A stretch of 17,985 nucleotides of DNA, taken from Fonticula alba ATCC 38817 (Eukaryota > Protista > Nucleariida). The position numbers were made by a program, and so were the translations under genes. The DNA is taken from assembly GCA_000388065.2 (NCBI GenBank), contig KB932208.1. One strand, given 5' to 3'. Positions 1-11,836 of this stretch are shown here, piece after piece; within the stretch, counting starts at the first letter, position 1; each line of letters starts with the position of its first letter. The notes beneath the pieces are model-generated. The model searched no databases and was not told the DNA's origin. It was given only the letters and a program-made list of their open reading frames with translations.

Positions 1-60
1 CACACACACGCACACACACACATACATACATACATACATATAAATATACACATACACATA
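1..60. repeat. Compound (CA)n/(CATA)n microsatellite, probably truncated by the window edge
   Basis: Directly visible: cacacacacgcacacacacacatacatacatacatacata... Confidence 0.95.
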
Positions 61-1813
61 GGGCGAGGGGCGGATGAGAGAAGCGCGCTTCGAGCGCGGT
101 GACTAGCGGCACGCATGTACACCCGCTGGCCATTGTGCATGCAGGGGCCGGGCCAGCGCGAGTGGCATTAATTGTGGCACGCACCGGCCGCTCGGTCGGG
201 CAGATCGCGCTTGCCCAGGTGCCCCGGTGACCGCGCCAAGGCCACCCCAGCTCGCTCGAAGCCATGCAATCCAGCGTGGCCCGCGACCCGGGAGAGAATG
301 TCCGGGTCCTTAATCACCGCATGGGATGGTCCATCATTCGGGCAGAGGGGGTCGGCCGAGCGCCCAGGGTGATATGGCCGAGAAGGCCCGCTCGGAAGAA
401 GCAGCGGCCCCCGACGGAGCCTGGCCGGGGCGGCGCGGGGGTGGCGGGGAGGGGGGGGGGCGGGCATATCTGACGTCAATGTGTCATCCGGGAGACCGAC
501 TGCCGGGCGCAGGAAGGCGGCGAGGGCGGCGGCACTCGGCCGGTGCAGGCAGGAAGCCGGCCGGGCCGAGTGCGGGAGGTTCTGCCCCTCGGGGCAGGCC
601 GAGCAGCGCGCCCCCCTTTTCCACGATGTGGGCGCTTTTTTTTTTTTGCATTTCCCAAGTGTAGAGGCCCGTCGCGCGGCCGCGCAGCCCCCCGCCCCCC
701 CCCCCCCTCCCGCGCGAGGGCTCCGTAGATCGCGGTCCCGTCGCTTGCTTCCGTGATGCGCACGCAGACGCCCGCACATTGCATGCGCAATCCGACATGC
801 CCATTGCCGGCGACCGGGTGGCCTTCGTTGAGCACAGCCGCCCGATGCCGGCCCGGGCAGGCAGAGACCGTCGCCCGGGGCAAGACGGCCTGCCCGGGCC
901 GGCACCCCATGAGCAATGCCGCCCCGGCCCCGGGAGAATAACACCACTCCGCCGGGCTGGAGAGACTGCCAGCGGGGCCACACGCGCGGCAACTTCCGAC
1001 GACGCCGAGCGAGGGCCGCAGGACACGGGCTGGGGAACCCCGGGGGGGGAGGGGGGGGGACCCGGCGAGGGGCGAGGGGCGCCGGGAGTATGCCCCGGGC
1101 GCCGGCGCTCCAGACCCGGAACCCCCCCCCCCCCCCGACGACGCGCGAGGTATGCACCACGGGGTCTGGCAACCCAAGGCCGCGCCGGGCCGTCAGCCAC
1201 CCTACCCCTGTGCTCTGTTTCCCTCGCACACCGAGGGGCCCGGCCGAGGCCGGCACAAAAGACCGGATGGCTGAGCTGGGGAGTAAGGGGCAGAGCCGGG
1301 CGCCGCCTGCTCCCATCGTCGGCCGCATCCGAGAGCCGCGCCCCCCCCCCCCACCTCCCCGCCCTGGGCTCCGGCCCCAGGCGGCCGTGACGTGGAGGTG
1401 CTCGCGCCCTCGCGCATCGGCCGCCCGGGGGAATCCCCGGTGCCATGTCCGCTGAGGCCGGCCGGCGGCCACCCTCCACCATCGGCCCGGGGCTTTCCCC
1501 TTCCAGCACCATGGCCCTGCCTCGGCGGGCGCGGTAGCGCCGTGGACCGGGCCGGGCCGCCGGGCTGCGCCGGGGCGCGGGCCGGCTGCGCGGCCCCCCA
1601 CCCGGCGGGGGGCAGGGGGGGCGGCGGAGCGGGCCGGCCGGAGCAGGAGGGCACCTTGCCCGAAAGGGGCCTACCTCTTGCCACGGAAATGCCGGCCATT
1701 GGTTGGGGGCGGGAAAATGCCCTGGTTAACTTCATCTCCACCTGGCTTCCCCTTGGGCCAGGGTGCAGCGCCAGCCCCCGCCCCGGCCGCTCTTGGCCCC
1801 CGAGCTCGGGGCT

Positions 1814-1844
<31 letters not shown>

Positions 1845-2013
1845 GGGGGGGCCTTCTCCCCGCATCATCACCAGGGCCTTGCCGCCCGGTGGCGGAACAT
1901 CTCCGGCAACCTCGTTGCAGGACACGCACCGCCGTCCTCCCCGGCCCCCCTTCCCGCCCCCTGCAGGTCATTAAGAGGAGAGCGCAGGGCCCCGGGGGCC
2001 GAAAGGCCGCCCA

Positions 2014-2442
2014 TTGCGCCGCCGCACCGGCCAGGCCCCGGCATGGGGGGCGGGCCGGGGGTCGCAGGAGGGCAAGAAAGCTCGCTGCCGAGTCACGACT
2101 CCTGTCATGGCCTCCCAGGGTGCCGAGCCGCAGACCCTCCCCCTAGATGGCCGGGGCAAGTGGCGCGCGGGAGGCGGCCGGGCGAGCGGCCGGGGGGGGG
2201 GGGGCGCCGCGAGAGGGCCCGAAGACGGCCGCGGGCGCAGAGACATGGGCCGCCGGGCGCAGGGTGACGGCCGGCCTGGCGCGGCGAAGAGGGCAGGGCA
2301 GGGGCTGGAAGAGGGCATCCCGAGGGCGATCTCGGCGCATGCCCCCCCCCCCCTCCCGCCCCCTCGCCGGGAGGCAGCTGTCGCCCGGGGGGATCCAGGG
2401 ACCGGGGGTGGGAGGCGCGGAAAAACCGACCTCGCGATCTAG
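2014..2442 (+). CDS. Possible terminal coding exon of an unidentified Gly/Arg-rich protein
   Basis: Open frame ...SQEGKKARCRVTTPVMASQGAEPQTLPLDGRGKW...GKTDLAI*, with sense-like AAG/GAA/GAC codons. No recognisable motif. The in-frame antisense ORF is also open and the splice structure is unresolved. Confidence 0.25.
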   Translation: MRRRTGQAPAWGAGRGSQEGKKARCRVTTPVMASQGAEPQTLPLDGRGKWRAGGGRASGRGGGGAARGPEDGRGRRDMGRRAQGDGRPGAAKRAGQGLEEGIPRAISAHAPPPLPPPRREAAVARGDPGTGGGRRGKTDLAI

Positions 2443-2695
2443 GGGCCGCAGCATCCTCGGTGCCGGGTAAAATGCCCTGCAGCGAAGGTCCTGGCGCTCG
2501 GAGCGCCGAGGTCGCCGTGATATCCGACTGTTTAGACTGTTTGGGCATGTTTGTGCCTGTGAAACCTCGTGTCGGCGTGGGCGGGGGCGTTGGTGGATTT
2601 TCCCCGGCCGGCGGCCCGGCCTGGTGGGCTGCCTTTGCAGGATGGCCGATCGCGGGGCCGTTCGCCGGGATGGCGTGGGAGCCTGTCTGCCGCAT
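2440..2695 (-). CDS. Probable coding exon of a hypothetical low-complexity protein, divergent from the fucose synthase
   Basis: Frame of ORF 2105-2695(-) reads GSHAIPANGPAIGHPAKAAHQAGPPAGENPP...NMPKQSKQSDITATSALRAPGPSLQGILPGTEDAAAPRS, with sense-like AAC/ATC/AAG/CAG codons. Upstream minus-strand GTGCGT donors occur near 3190 and at 3371, the latter directly after aaaagATG. Boundaries are approximate and no family was recognised. Confidence 0.35.
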
Positions 2696-2889
2696 TGGGC
2701 CGCCCCCAATGTGGGCCCCGTGGCCTGGCGTGGTCCGGCACCCCGGACACAGGTTGGCCAGGGGCCGGTGCGTGTGTGGGCGCGCACGTATGAACGAGGC
2801 CCTCTATGTTGACACACATGTATATTGGGCCGGCGGGTTGGCCGCCGCGGCGGGGGGGGGCTCCTGGCCCGCCCCCTCCCCTCCCTGCG

Positions 2890-2891
<2 letters not shown>

Positions 2892-2958
<67 letters not shown>

Positions 2959-3001
2959 GGGGGGGGGGGGAGGGAGCACGCCGGCAAGAGAAAGGCCCCT
3001 G

Positions 3002-3051
<50 letters not shown>

Positions 3052-3074
3052 GGGGGGGGGGGGGGGGGGGGGGG
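2892..3074 (+). repeat. Two very long poly-G tracts (2892-2970 and 3003-3074)
   Basis: Directly visible: 66 uninterrupted G at 2892-2957 and 48 at 3003-3050. Exact lengths may be assembly artefacts. Confidence 0.9.
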
Positions 3075-3079
3075 CGAGA

Positions 3080-3175
3080 CCAGCCGAGGGCGCCCGACCA
3101 GCCGAGGCTCCCCAGCCAGCCGAGGCTCCCCAGCCAGCCGAGGCTCCCCAGCCAGCCGAGGCTCCCCAGCCAGCC
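3080..3175 (+). repeat. 18-bp minisatellite (CCAGCCGAGGCTCCCCAG), about 5.3 copies
   Basis: Units at 3080 (variant CCAGCCGAGGGCGCCCGA), 3098, 3116, 3134 and 3152, plus a partial unit at 3170. Four copies are identical and there are no spacers. Confidence 0.95.
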
Positions 3176-3503
3176 CAGTGCACGCACCCTTCGGCGCACC
3201 GCCCGACGCCGACGGCCACCCGGGGCCCATATAAATAGGGCCGCCCTGTCGGGGCTCCTCCTCAGCCTTCTTTACCAGAAAGACCCGTCCCAATCAGTTT
3301 CCCCAAGCCTTCCAGGTGAGCAAGTACCCACCACGCCGTGCTGGCAACCGCCGGCTCAGTGGCACACGCACCATCTTTTGCCCTTTCCCCTTCGCCCCCG
3401 CCCCGCCTCTCGCCTCTCCTGCCCTACTCGCCGCCGCTGCCCCCCTGCCATGCCCCCCCCCCGATGCTCATACACGCGCGCACACGTGCCCTCCCCCTTT
3501 TAA

Positions 3504-5210
<1,707 letters not shown>

Positions 5211-5843
5211 GCCCGCATATATGTGCCTGTGCGCACGGGTGGCGTCTCGCGGACGACCTCGCCACCTGGGGCACCACTCGGACGGCCAGGGGAGGGCGAG
5301 GGCCGGCCGGCCGGCCACACTCTCGTCCCTCCCCTGGGGGGGGGGGCACGCCCCGAGAGCAGGGGACACGGCGGTGGTGCTGTGAATGCTTGTGAGCAGC
5401 CCCATGCCTAGTCGTCCCCTTCCAATGGTGGGCGTGGCGCCTTCGGGCTGGGGGGAAGGGGGGGGGGGGAGCACGCCGAGTGGGCGTCCACAGGACGGGA
5501 CCGAGGGAGCCTGCCCTTGCCGACGATGGCCTTCGGGCCTGATCGGCGCCCATGGGCCGGCCCTGCCTCCTCCGTCGAAGCCCCTCGGCGCGCAGGTCCC
5601 CACGCGCTTGCTCGCACGCGCGCACGAGACTGAGGCCCAGCCGCATTGAGACCGCCCCACACGCGACGACACCCCGGCCCGGGGGGTGCTTGTGCACGGC
5701 TGTCCGGACACATGCCACTGTCCGGACGGTCACCCACACCCACCCTCGGCCGGCGTCCGGTGTGCGGATCTCGGTGTCGAGGCGCCCAGTCCCGCGCGGC
5801 GGGGAGCCGTGGCTCGCCCCCCCCCCCCCCCCCCCCCCCCCCC

Positions 5844-6267
5844 NNNNNNNNNNNNNNNNNNNNNNNNNNNNNNNNNNNNNNNNNNNNNNNNNNNNNNNNN
5901 NNNNNNNNNNNNNNNNNNNNNNNNNNNNNNNNNNNNNNNNNNNNNNNNNNNNNNNNNNNNNNNNNNNNNNNNNNNNNNNNNNNNNNNNNNNNNNNNNNNN
6001 NNNNNNNNNNNNNNNNNNNNNNNNNNNNNNNNNNNNNNNNNNNNNNNNNNNNNNNNNNNNNNNNNNNNNNNNNNNNNNNNNNNNNNNNNNNNNNNNNNNN
6101 NNNNNNNNNNNNNNNNNNNNNNNNNNNNNNNNNNNNNNNNNNNNNNNNNNNNNNNNNNNNNNNNNNNNNNNNNNNNNNNNNNNNNNNNNNNNNNNNNNNN
6201 NNNNNNNNNNNNNNNNNNNNNNNNNNNNNNNNNNNNNNNNNNNNNNNNNNNNNNNNNNNNNNNNNNN
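5844..6267. other. Assembly gap (424 N) following a 27-nt poly-C run
   Basis: N run directly visible; C run at 5817-5843. Confidence 0.99.
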
Positions 6268-7039
6268 CGACGACCACCCTCGGAAGCGAGCACGAGACAC
6301 AATGGCCGGAAGAATCGCTCGCGCATGCACGCCCGAGAGAGAGAGAGAGATTGAATCAAAAAAGAAAACAAGAGAAAACACGCGAGTATTCCGGGACGCA
6401 TATACGCACCCATGCGCATCCCTGCGACTTCCCGGACTCGCCCGGACGACAGGGCCGCCTGCGTGTCCCTGCCGGATCCTCTGCCCGCGCCTCCGCCCGC
6501 GGTGATGCATCACCCCGCCTCCGGAGCACGGCCAGAGCATCCGGCGCAGGCGGCACGCGCACCACACCCAGGCCCCGGGGCTGAACCCTCGCGGGTGGCC
6601 ACCCGCGCGGGGACCCCCCCCCCCCCCCCCGCCCCTTTGCCGCCCTGTCGTCCCAAGCAGGGGGCCCTGCCTCTCGGCCTGGTGCCGGAGGAGCGCCCCC
6701 GCTTCCGCGCTCTCAACGCATGCCCCCCGCGCGTCCCCCATGCCTGCGGCGTGTGGCGCCCTTGCGCGCGCACCCCCAATGGCGCGGACCCCATGCATCC
6801 CTGCCCCCCGGGTGGGGCTGCCGGGCGCGTGTCGGCCTGTGAAAGAGAGCCCCAGAGCGACAGAATGAGAGAGACAGAGACACGGAGACACGGAGGATGT
6901 GCGGGTTTTAGAAAAAAAACCAAAACACCTCTTAGAAAAAAAAAGAAATCCGAATGACACCCTCTCCCCCCCCCTCCGGGAGACGAGAGAGGGGAAGGCG
7001 ACAAAAAAAAAGCAAGGCATCCCCCCCCCCTCGGCGGGG

Positions 7040-8030
7040 AATGCCCCGTCGCTGCGCCCCTCTCTTCCGGCTGACCGGCCGGCTCGACAGTGCCGCCAAG
7101 CTGCTGTGGTGGGAGGTCCCCACCGAGTGCAAGCAGGGGCCCCTGTGCGAGGGTCCAGGCATACCGCCGGTCCGCAGATGACCGGCCCTATGCCCGGGCA
7201 GCCCTCCGCCGCCCCGCCCTCCACTCGGTGGGGATCGCCCCCGACACCGTGGCCACGACTACGACCGTGCTCGTGGATCTTCTTCTTTCGTGTGAGCAAT
7301 CTCGGCGGGTGGGCCCCTCCGACCCATATGCCTCGCCTGTATTATCCCTGCCCCCTACCGTCCCTCCCCTTCTCCTCTTCCCTTCGATGTCCCCCTCCCC
7401 CTCCCCCTCGGAGCACAGAGGTGCGTGCGTGTGGGCTGGCGCGTACATGCAAGCGTCCGAAGTGTGCCGGCCAGGGCGCCCCTCATTCCTTCGGCCTTCC
7501 TCCACGTGCCGCGACATCAAGTCGCATGACAGACAAGCCCGCCCCTGGTGGGAGCTCCCTCGCTGTGCCGCGCTGGGGCGCGCATGAAACCTCTTCCTCG
7601 CTTTTTTTTCCCGCCCCACCCCCATTCTGCCATGCCCCGCTCGGTGCCGCGCCCCATGTGTGCCCCCCCTTTGTCGCCTCCCGCGTCGCGTGCCCGCCCG
7701 GTCCGGCCCGCATGCCATCCGCTTGCCTTTGTTTCTGCCTACTTTTCGCCCGAGGACGCCTCCTTAGCAATAGCGGGTCGCTGTCTTTCCTCGGGCGATA
7801 AGTACCAGAACCTCGGGGAGGCGTACCGGCATGCGTGTGCCATCGGCGAACGCACAAACATACACACACCCCCCCCCTGACAAGGGGGGAGGTGGCGGGA
7901 GGCGACGAGGGTGGGCGGTGGGGATGGAAGACAGCCGAAGACACACCATGTACCGGTCCTTCGGGCGTCTTCTCGCCGGCTCGCGTGCGGGGCTGGCTCG
8001 GGCGTGGGCGAGAGGCAAGCGGCCTTTCAT
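7040..8030 (+). other. Unassembled coding-like segments on + (unidentified spliced gene or degenerate gene; see the CTP-synthase-like finding)
   Basis: Protein-like stretches LFRLTGRLDSAAKLLWWEVPTECKQG, LHSVGIAPDTVATTTTVLVDLLLSCEQSRR and SLAIAGRCLSSGDKYQNLGEAYRHACAIG. They are separated by C/T-rich intron-like tracts (about 7330-7410 and 7590-7750), with donor-like GTGCGT at 7421 and GTGCGC at 8031. Confidence 0.3.
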
Positions 8031-8506
8031 GTGCGCCCACGCGACGCGCGCGCGGCGCAGGTGCTCGCAGACCACCCGGCGTGGCCGCCGGAACGCGGAT
8101 GGGCAAGAGCCGAGGGCGCAGGAAGGGAGGAAGGGGCTGCAACAGCAGTCCGCACGCCACCCCCCTTGCCTCCTCGTGCCGCTCGCGCGCCCAGCTGCCG
8201 CGCCCGGTGGTGTGCATGTCGATGTTGCTTCACGTGGAGGAGCCGAACCATGAGAGGCGGTGAAGCCCTTGGGCCCGGTGCACAGGGGACATACTCGTGC
8301 GTGTGCGCGCCGGAACATACGTGCTCGCGTTGCTCCACACCCCGGTGGGCGGCGAGAGGGGACCACAGCTCCGACAAAGGGGGAAAAAAAAACCCTCGTG
8401 TCGGAGCACGAAGGAAGACAGGAGTCGAGGAGGAGAGAGGGGCCACAGGAGCCGCGAAATGTGGCATGGCAGTCGGAGGGCGGGGTGGTCCGGCGGACAC
8501 ACATAC

Positions 8507-8570
8507 GCCGACCCCGGCCCCACAGGAATATCTGCCCCCTGAAATATGCCGGACTGCCCACGAGGCCGGG
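8507..8570 (-). CDS. Candidate internal exon of an unidentified minus-strand gene (PGLVGSPAYFRGQIFLWGRGR)
   Basis: C-tract plus gatgCAG acceptor (8573-8571), strong GTATGT donor at 8506, and phase-0 start compatible with exon 8840-8740. Confidence 0.45.
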
Positions 8571-8612
8571 CTGCATCGCGCGCGGGGGCGAGCGGGGGGG
8601 AGGGGGGGGGGG

Positions 8613-8622
8613 NNNNNNNNNN
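8613..8622. other. Assembly gap (10 N placeholder) following a poly-G run
   Basis: Directly visible. Confidence 0.99.
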
Positions 8623-8739
8623 GTTCGGTGGTGTGAGCATGAGAGAAGCAGAACTGGCGGAGGAAGGGCGCAAAGCAGGGGACGACGACGACGCCCACGC
8701 CGACGACGACGCCAACGACAACGACCGAGGAGCACGCAC

Positions 8740-8840
8740 AGAGTGGATGCGCTGGTCCGAGGCATCGAAGACGTCCTCCACTGAGAAGTCCCGGGAGGAG
8801 GTGCTCCCGGAGCGGCCTCTGGCCGCAGGGGCCTCAGAGA
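8740..8840 (-). CDS. Candidate internal exon of an unidentified minus-strand gene (SEAPAARGRSGSTSSRDFSVEDVFDASDQRIHS)
   Basis: C-rich tract, CACTGAT branch-like motif and ctccCAG acceptor (8843-8841); GTGCGT donor at 8739; codons are G/C-ending. Confidence 0.45.
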
Positions 8841-9488
8841 CTGGGAGGCTCATCAGTGAGGGGGCGGGGGGCGGGGGGGCGGGCGAGGTGGAATCCCAAA
8901 GGCAAAGACGAAAGGAGGAGCAGTGGCGGAGGGGCAGCGGGGGAGGAGGCGCGAGGGGGGAACGGGGGGTCAGGATGAGCAGAGCCGGGATCCCCCCGGC
9001 GCGGGGAGGGGCCTGGCCAAAAGGCGCGACGCGATCGGCGCGCCCGCGAAGCGCAGGTGCCAGCGTATTCACGTATCACGCCCCTCCGGCTCGGGGTGGT
9101 GCTTTGGGTGTGATGTGTGGCGTGATCCCGCCGCGGGCGAACATGTGCCCCACATTCCGGGCGCCAGTGCGTGAGGGGGGGGGGAGCGGCCGCCGCCGCC
9201 GCCGAGTCGACAACAGACGGCAGGCGTGCCTGCACGCAGGAGCCCCAGGCCCATCGGGGGGGGGGGGGGGGGCGGGGGGGGGGGGGCGGGGGGGCGGGGC
9301 CCCCGGGACGCGGATGCCCCCGCCAGGCCCCAATGGGCCCCCCCCCCCCCCCCCCCCCCTCGATCCGTCCCCTCAGAATCCATCCCATCCACACACAAAC
9401 ACACACGAGCGCGGTCCCCTGCACAGTGCCCGGGAAAACGGTCCTCTGCCGCTTTCCGGCCCACAAAATCCCCGACGCGTACTCTCCC

Positions 9489-9660
9489 TTCTCTCTCTCT
9501 CTCTCTCTCCCTCTGTCAGTATCTCTCCCCCTGGGCTCCTTCTGTCCATATGCCCTATTTCCCCTTCTCTCTCTCTCTCTTTCCCGCTGTGCATCCCTTG
9601 CCCTTAGTTCCCTTCCCCCCCGTTACACATTGAGCCCTGCCCGCTGTCGGGCTGTTCTTT
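9489..9660 (+). repeat. (CT)n microsatellites within a pyrimidine-rich low-complexity tract
   Basis: ttctctctctctctctctctccctct near 9489-9515 and again near 9565-9580. Confidence 0.8.
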
Positions 9661-10542
9661 CCCCTTTTCTTGCTTTCCTCGGCCCTCCTAAAAACCTCAG
9701 ATCTAAAACCAGAAAAAAGATTTGTAAAACACAATTCCCCTTTCCCCCTTCCCTCCCTCCCTTCCCCCCCCCCCCCCCCCTCGCTCCATGCGCGAGGCCG
9801 GATGTGCACAACAGTCGCCACCGTCCTTTGCCAGGAGCCATAAAGAAAAAATAAAAAATAAAAAATATCCACATATCCCTCCCCATGCGTGTCGTGTACA
9901 TGAACATACCCCACCAGTGTGAGCCGGATCATCCCCCTGGGCAGAAAATGGAACCCGCTTCGCATCAGGAGGGAAAGGAGGCGAAAGTAACGGAGAGCGA
10001 GAGCGGGGGCGCCACAGGGCCGGGATGTGACGAGGCGCTGACGGGGGGAGGGGGGGGATATTCCAGGCGGCTGTTCCTACATCTGCTTGGCCCGTGCCTC
10101 CAGCGCGCGTGGATGCGCAGGGGCGATCTAACTCCCCCCAGGGCCGGGTGAGATCGGCCTGAGCGGGACCGATCGAAGTGCTGCCCCGTTCGTTGGCAGT
10201 CGCTGGCCATGCAGTGCCCCAGGGGCCTGGAGCCAGAACGGTTCAGCACCACGCGCGCATGTGCGCCAGGCGACCCGGCTGTGGGGGGGGGGGGGGTAGC
10301 GGCAAGAGGCAGTCTCCGATGGCATCCTCGCACACGAGCGCCCATGTGCATGCGCTCATGCCGAAACACACACGCGCACACACACACCCACGCACACACA
10401 CAGGCTCCACACAAGAGGCTGATCTGCCGGCCCCATGCCTGGGCCCGAGCTGGGGGTTCGCCACGCTCCTCCATCTCCTGCCCCGCCCCCGTCTGTCCTT
10501 TTTCCTCCCCCTCCCGCCCTCCTGACCCGGCCAGAAGGAAAC

Positions 10543-10612
10543 CACACACACACCCGCACACACACACCCGCACACACACACTCGCACACACACACACTCG
10601 CACACACACACA

Positions 10613-10643
<31 letters not shown>
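10543..10643 (+). repeat. Interrupted (CA)n microsatellite (CCG/TCG/AA interruptions) ending 7 nt before a splice acceptor
   Basis: Directly visible; followed by cctggaaCAG at 10651-10653. Confidence 0.95.
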
Positions 10644-10646
<3 letters not shown>

Positions 10647-10653
10647 GGAACAG

Positions 10654-11537
10654 GTGACACCATGCTCTGCCGCACTGCTGTCCCGGATTTTAAGCCCGCC
10701 TCGGGCAGCCTCTTCGGGCAGAAGATTGCCATCGCCAGCATGTCGGCCGCCGCGCCTCCCCTGCCCGAGAAGAGCCAGCTCTTCAGTGCCAGCATCAGCC
10801 TCCTGCTGGCCGATGGTCCGGAGCTGACCCAGGTGTCCTACCAGACAGCCGCCTCGGAGGCGGACCTGGCCGACGCCGGGCGCTCGCTGGACATCGAGCT
10901 GGAGGCGGCCGCCGCGGCCGGTGGCTCGCGCTTCAAGAACGTCACCGCCGCGCGGATGAATGGCCCGGCAGCCCGGCGTGCCCCGGCCCCGATCCTTCGG
11001 CTGACGGCCCCGGGAGATGTGGTGGAGACGGTTGCCCCGGGGCTCTCGGCCTCCGGGGCCACGGACCTCTTCCTGGCGTCGGCCTCCTCCGGGCGGTACT
11101 TTCTCCTGCGCGCCAGCGACCCCTCCTGCCAGGCGGACGGGCCCGCCATGCCGGCCGAGGTCCTTTGGGAGGCGCAAATGCCGGCCAGCGGGTCCATGCT
11201 GCAGCATGGCTATTCCGGCGCCGGCAATTGGTCCGGCGTGAGTGCCGACTCGCGCAGCCTCTCCGGCTACCAGTCCGGCTCTGGCGGCCTGCGCCTGGCC
11301 CTCGGTCGCCATACCCAGCGCCAGGCCCTGGTGGTCGAGCACCGGCCTGGTGATGTGGCCAGCCCGCCGGCCGTTCTCCTGGACGCCCCCTGCTCCTCGC
11401 ACCCGACGCACGTGGGCTTCCACTCTCTGCCCTCGGTGTCGGCCACCCATGACATGGTCGTCATCCTGGATGGCCCGGCTGTCAACATCTTCGACCTGCG
11501 CCAGGCCGAGCGCAACGGCTGCGCCGGCCGTGTGCAT
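10654..11537 (+). CDS. Large exon of an uncharacterised WD40-like/beta-propeller protein (gene B)
   Basis: CAG acceptor at 10651-10653 (phase 1) or in-frame ATG at 10662. Strongly G/C-ending codons; ends in the WD-like strand VVILDGPAVNIFDLRQAERNGCAGRVH. GTATGT donor at 11538 (GTGCAT at 11532 is an in-phase alternative). Confidence 0.78.
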
Positions 11538-11557
11538 GTATGTTGTCCGCGCGCACG

Positions 11558-11579
11558 CACACACACACACACACACACA
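11558..11579 (+). repeat. Intronic (CA)11 microsatellite
   Basis: Directly visible inside intron 11538-11686. Confidence 0.9.
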
Positions 11580-11686
11580 GCCAGCCATCGCCCCCACATG
11601 CCTATGCACATCACCATGGATGTACGGAAATAGTGCCGGGCCATGACTGACACCGTGTTCCCTCCCTCCGCCGGTGTCCCCCTCAG

Positions 11687-11836
11687 CTGCCCGGTGTTCG
11701 GTCCTTGTATGGCTGTGACTCGACCGCGCATGGTGGCGGCGCGCTGGCCGTCGCCGGCGATGATCGCACTGTCTACACCATCGACCCGCGCAAGTGGTCC
11801 TACGCTGCCGCCTGGCCGAACTCCCTGAAATACGAG
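11687..11836 (+). CDS. Gene B exon (LPGVRSLYGCDSTAHGGGALAVAGDDRTVYTIDPRKWSYAAAWPNSLKYE)
   Basis: ACTGAC branch-like motif, cctCAG acceptor, 150 nt phase 0-0, GTCCGT donor at 11837. LAVAGDDRTVYTIDPR is a WD40-type repeat end. Confidence 0.85.

Noticed and set aside
3080-3175. Short direct repeats as a CRISPR array (also 16647-16711 and 12885-12945)
   Set aside because: Head-to-tail units with no unique spacers, no cas genes, and a eukaryotic context.
2143-3503. Long poly-Gly/poly-Pro ORFs on both strands
   Set aside because: Open only because they cross G homopolymers and the 18-mer repeat; no stop codons are possible there.
6501-6514. Perfect 14-bp palindrome GGTGATGCATCACC
   Set aside because: About one such palindrome is expected by chance in 18 kb, and there is no supporting context.
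7153-7177. 25-nt intron (GTCCAG...CGCAG) that would join two coding-like frames
   Set aside because: Phase-consistent, but the donor is weak and the length is far below the 107-207 nt of the eight well-supported introns.
8546-9607. Plus-strand ORF with an acidic stretch (MREAELAEEGRKAGDDDD...)
   Set aside because: Crosses a gap and homopolymers, and the same bases are better explained as a minus-strand exon plus intron with clear splice signals. Not fully excluded.
9850-9862. Two AATAAA hexamers
   Set aside because: They lie inside an A-run, and no confident upstream + strand gene end can be linked to them.
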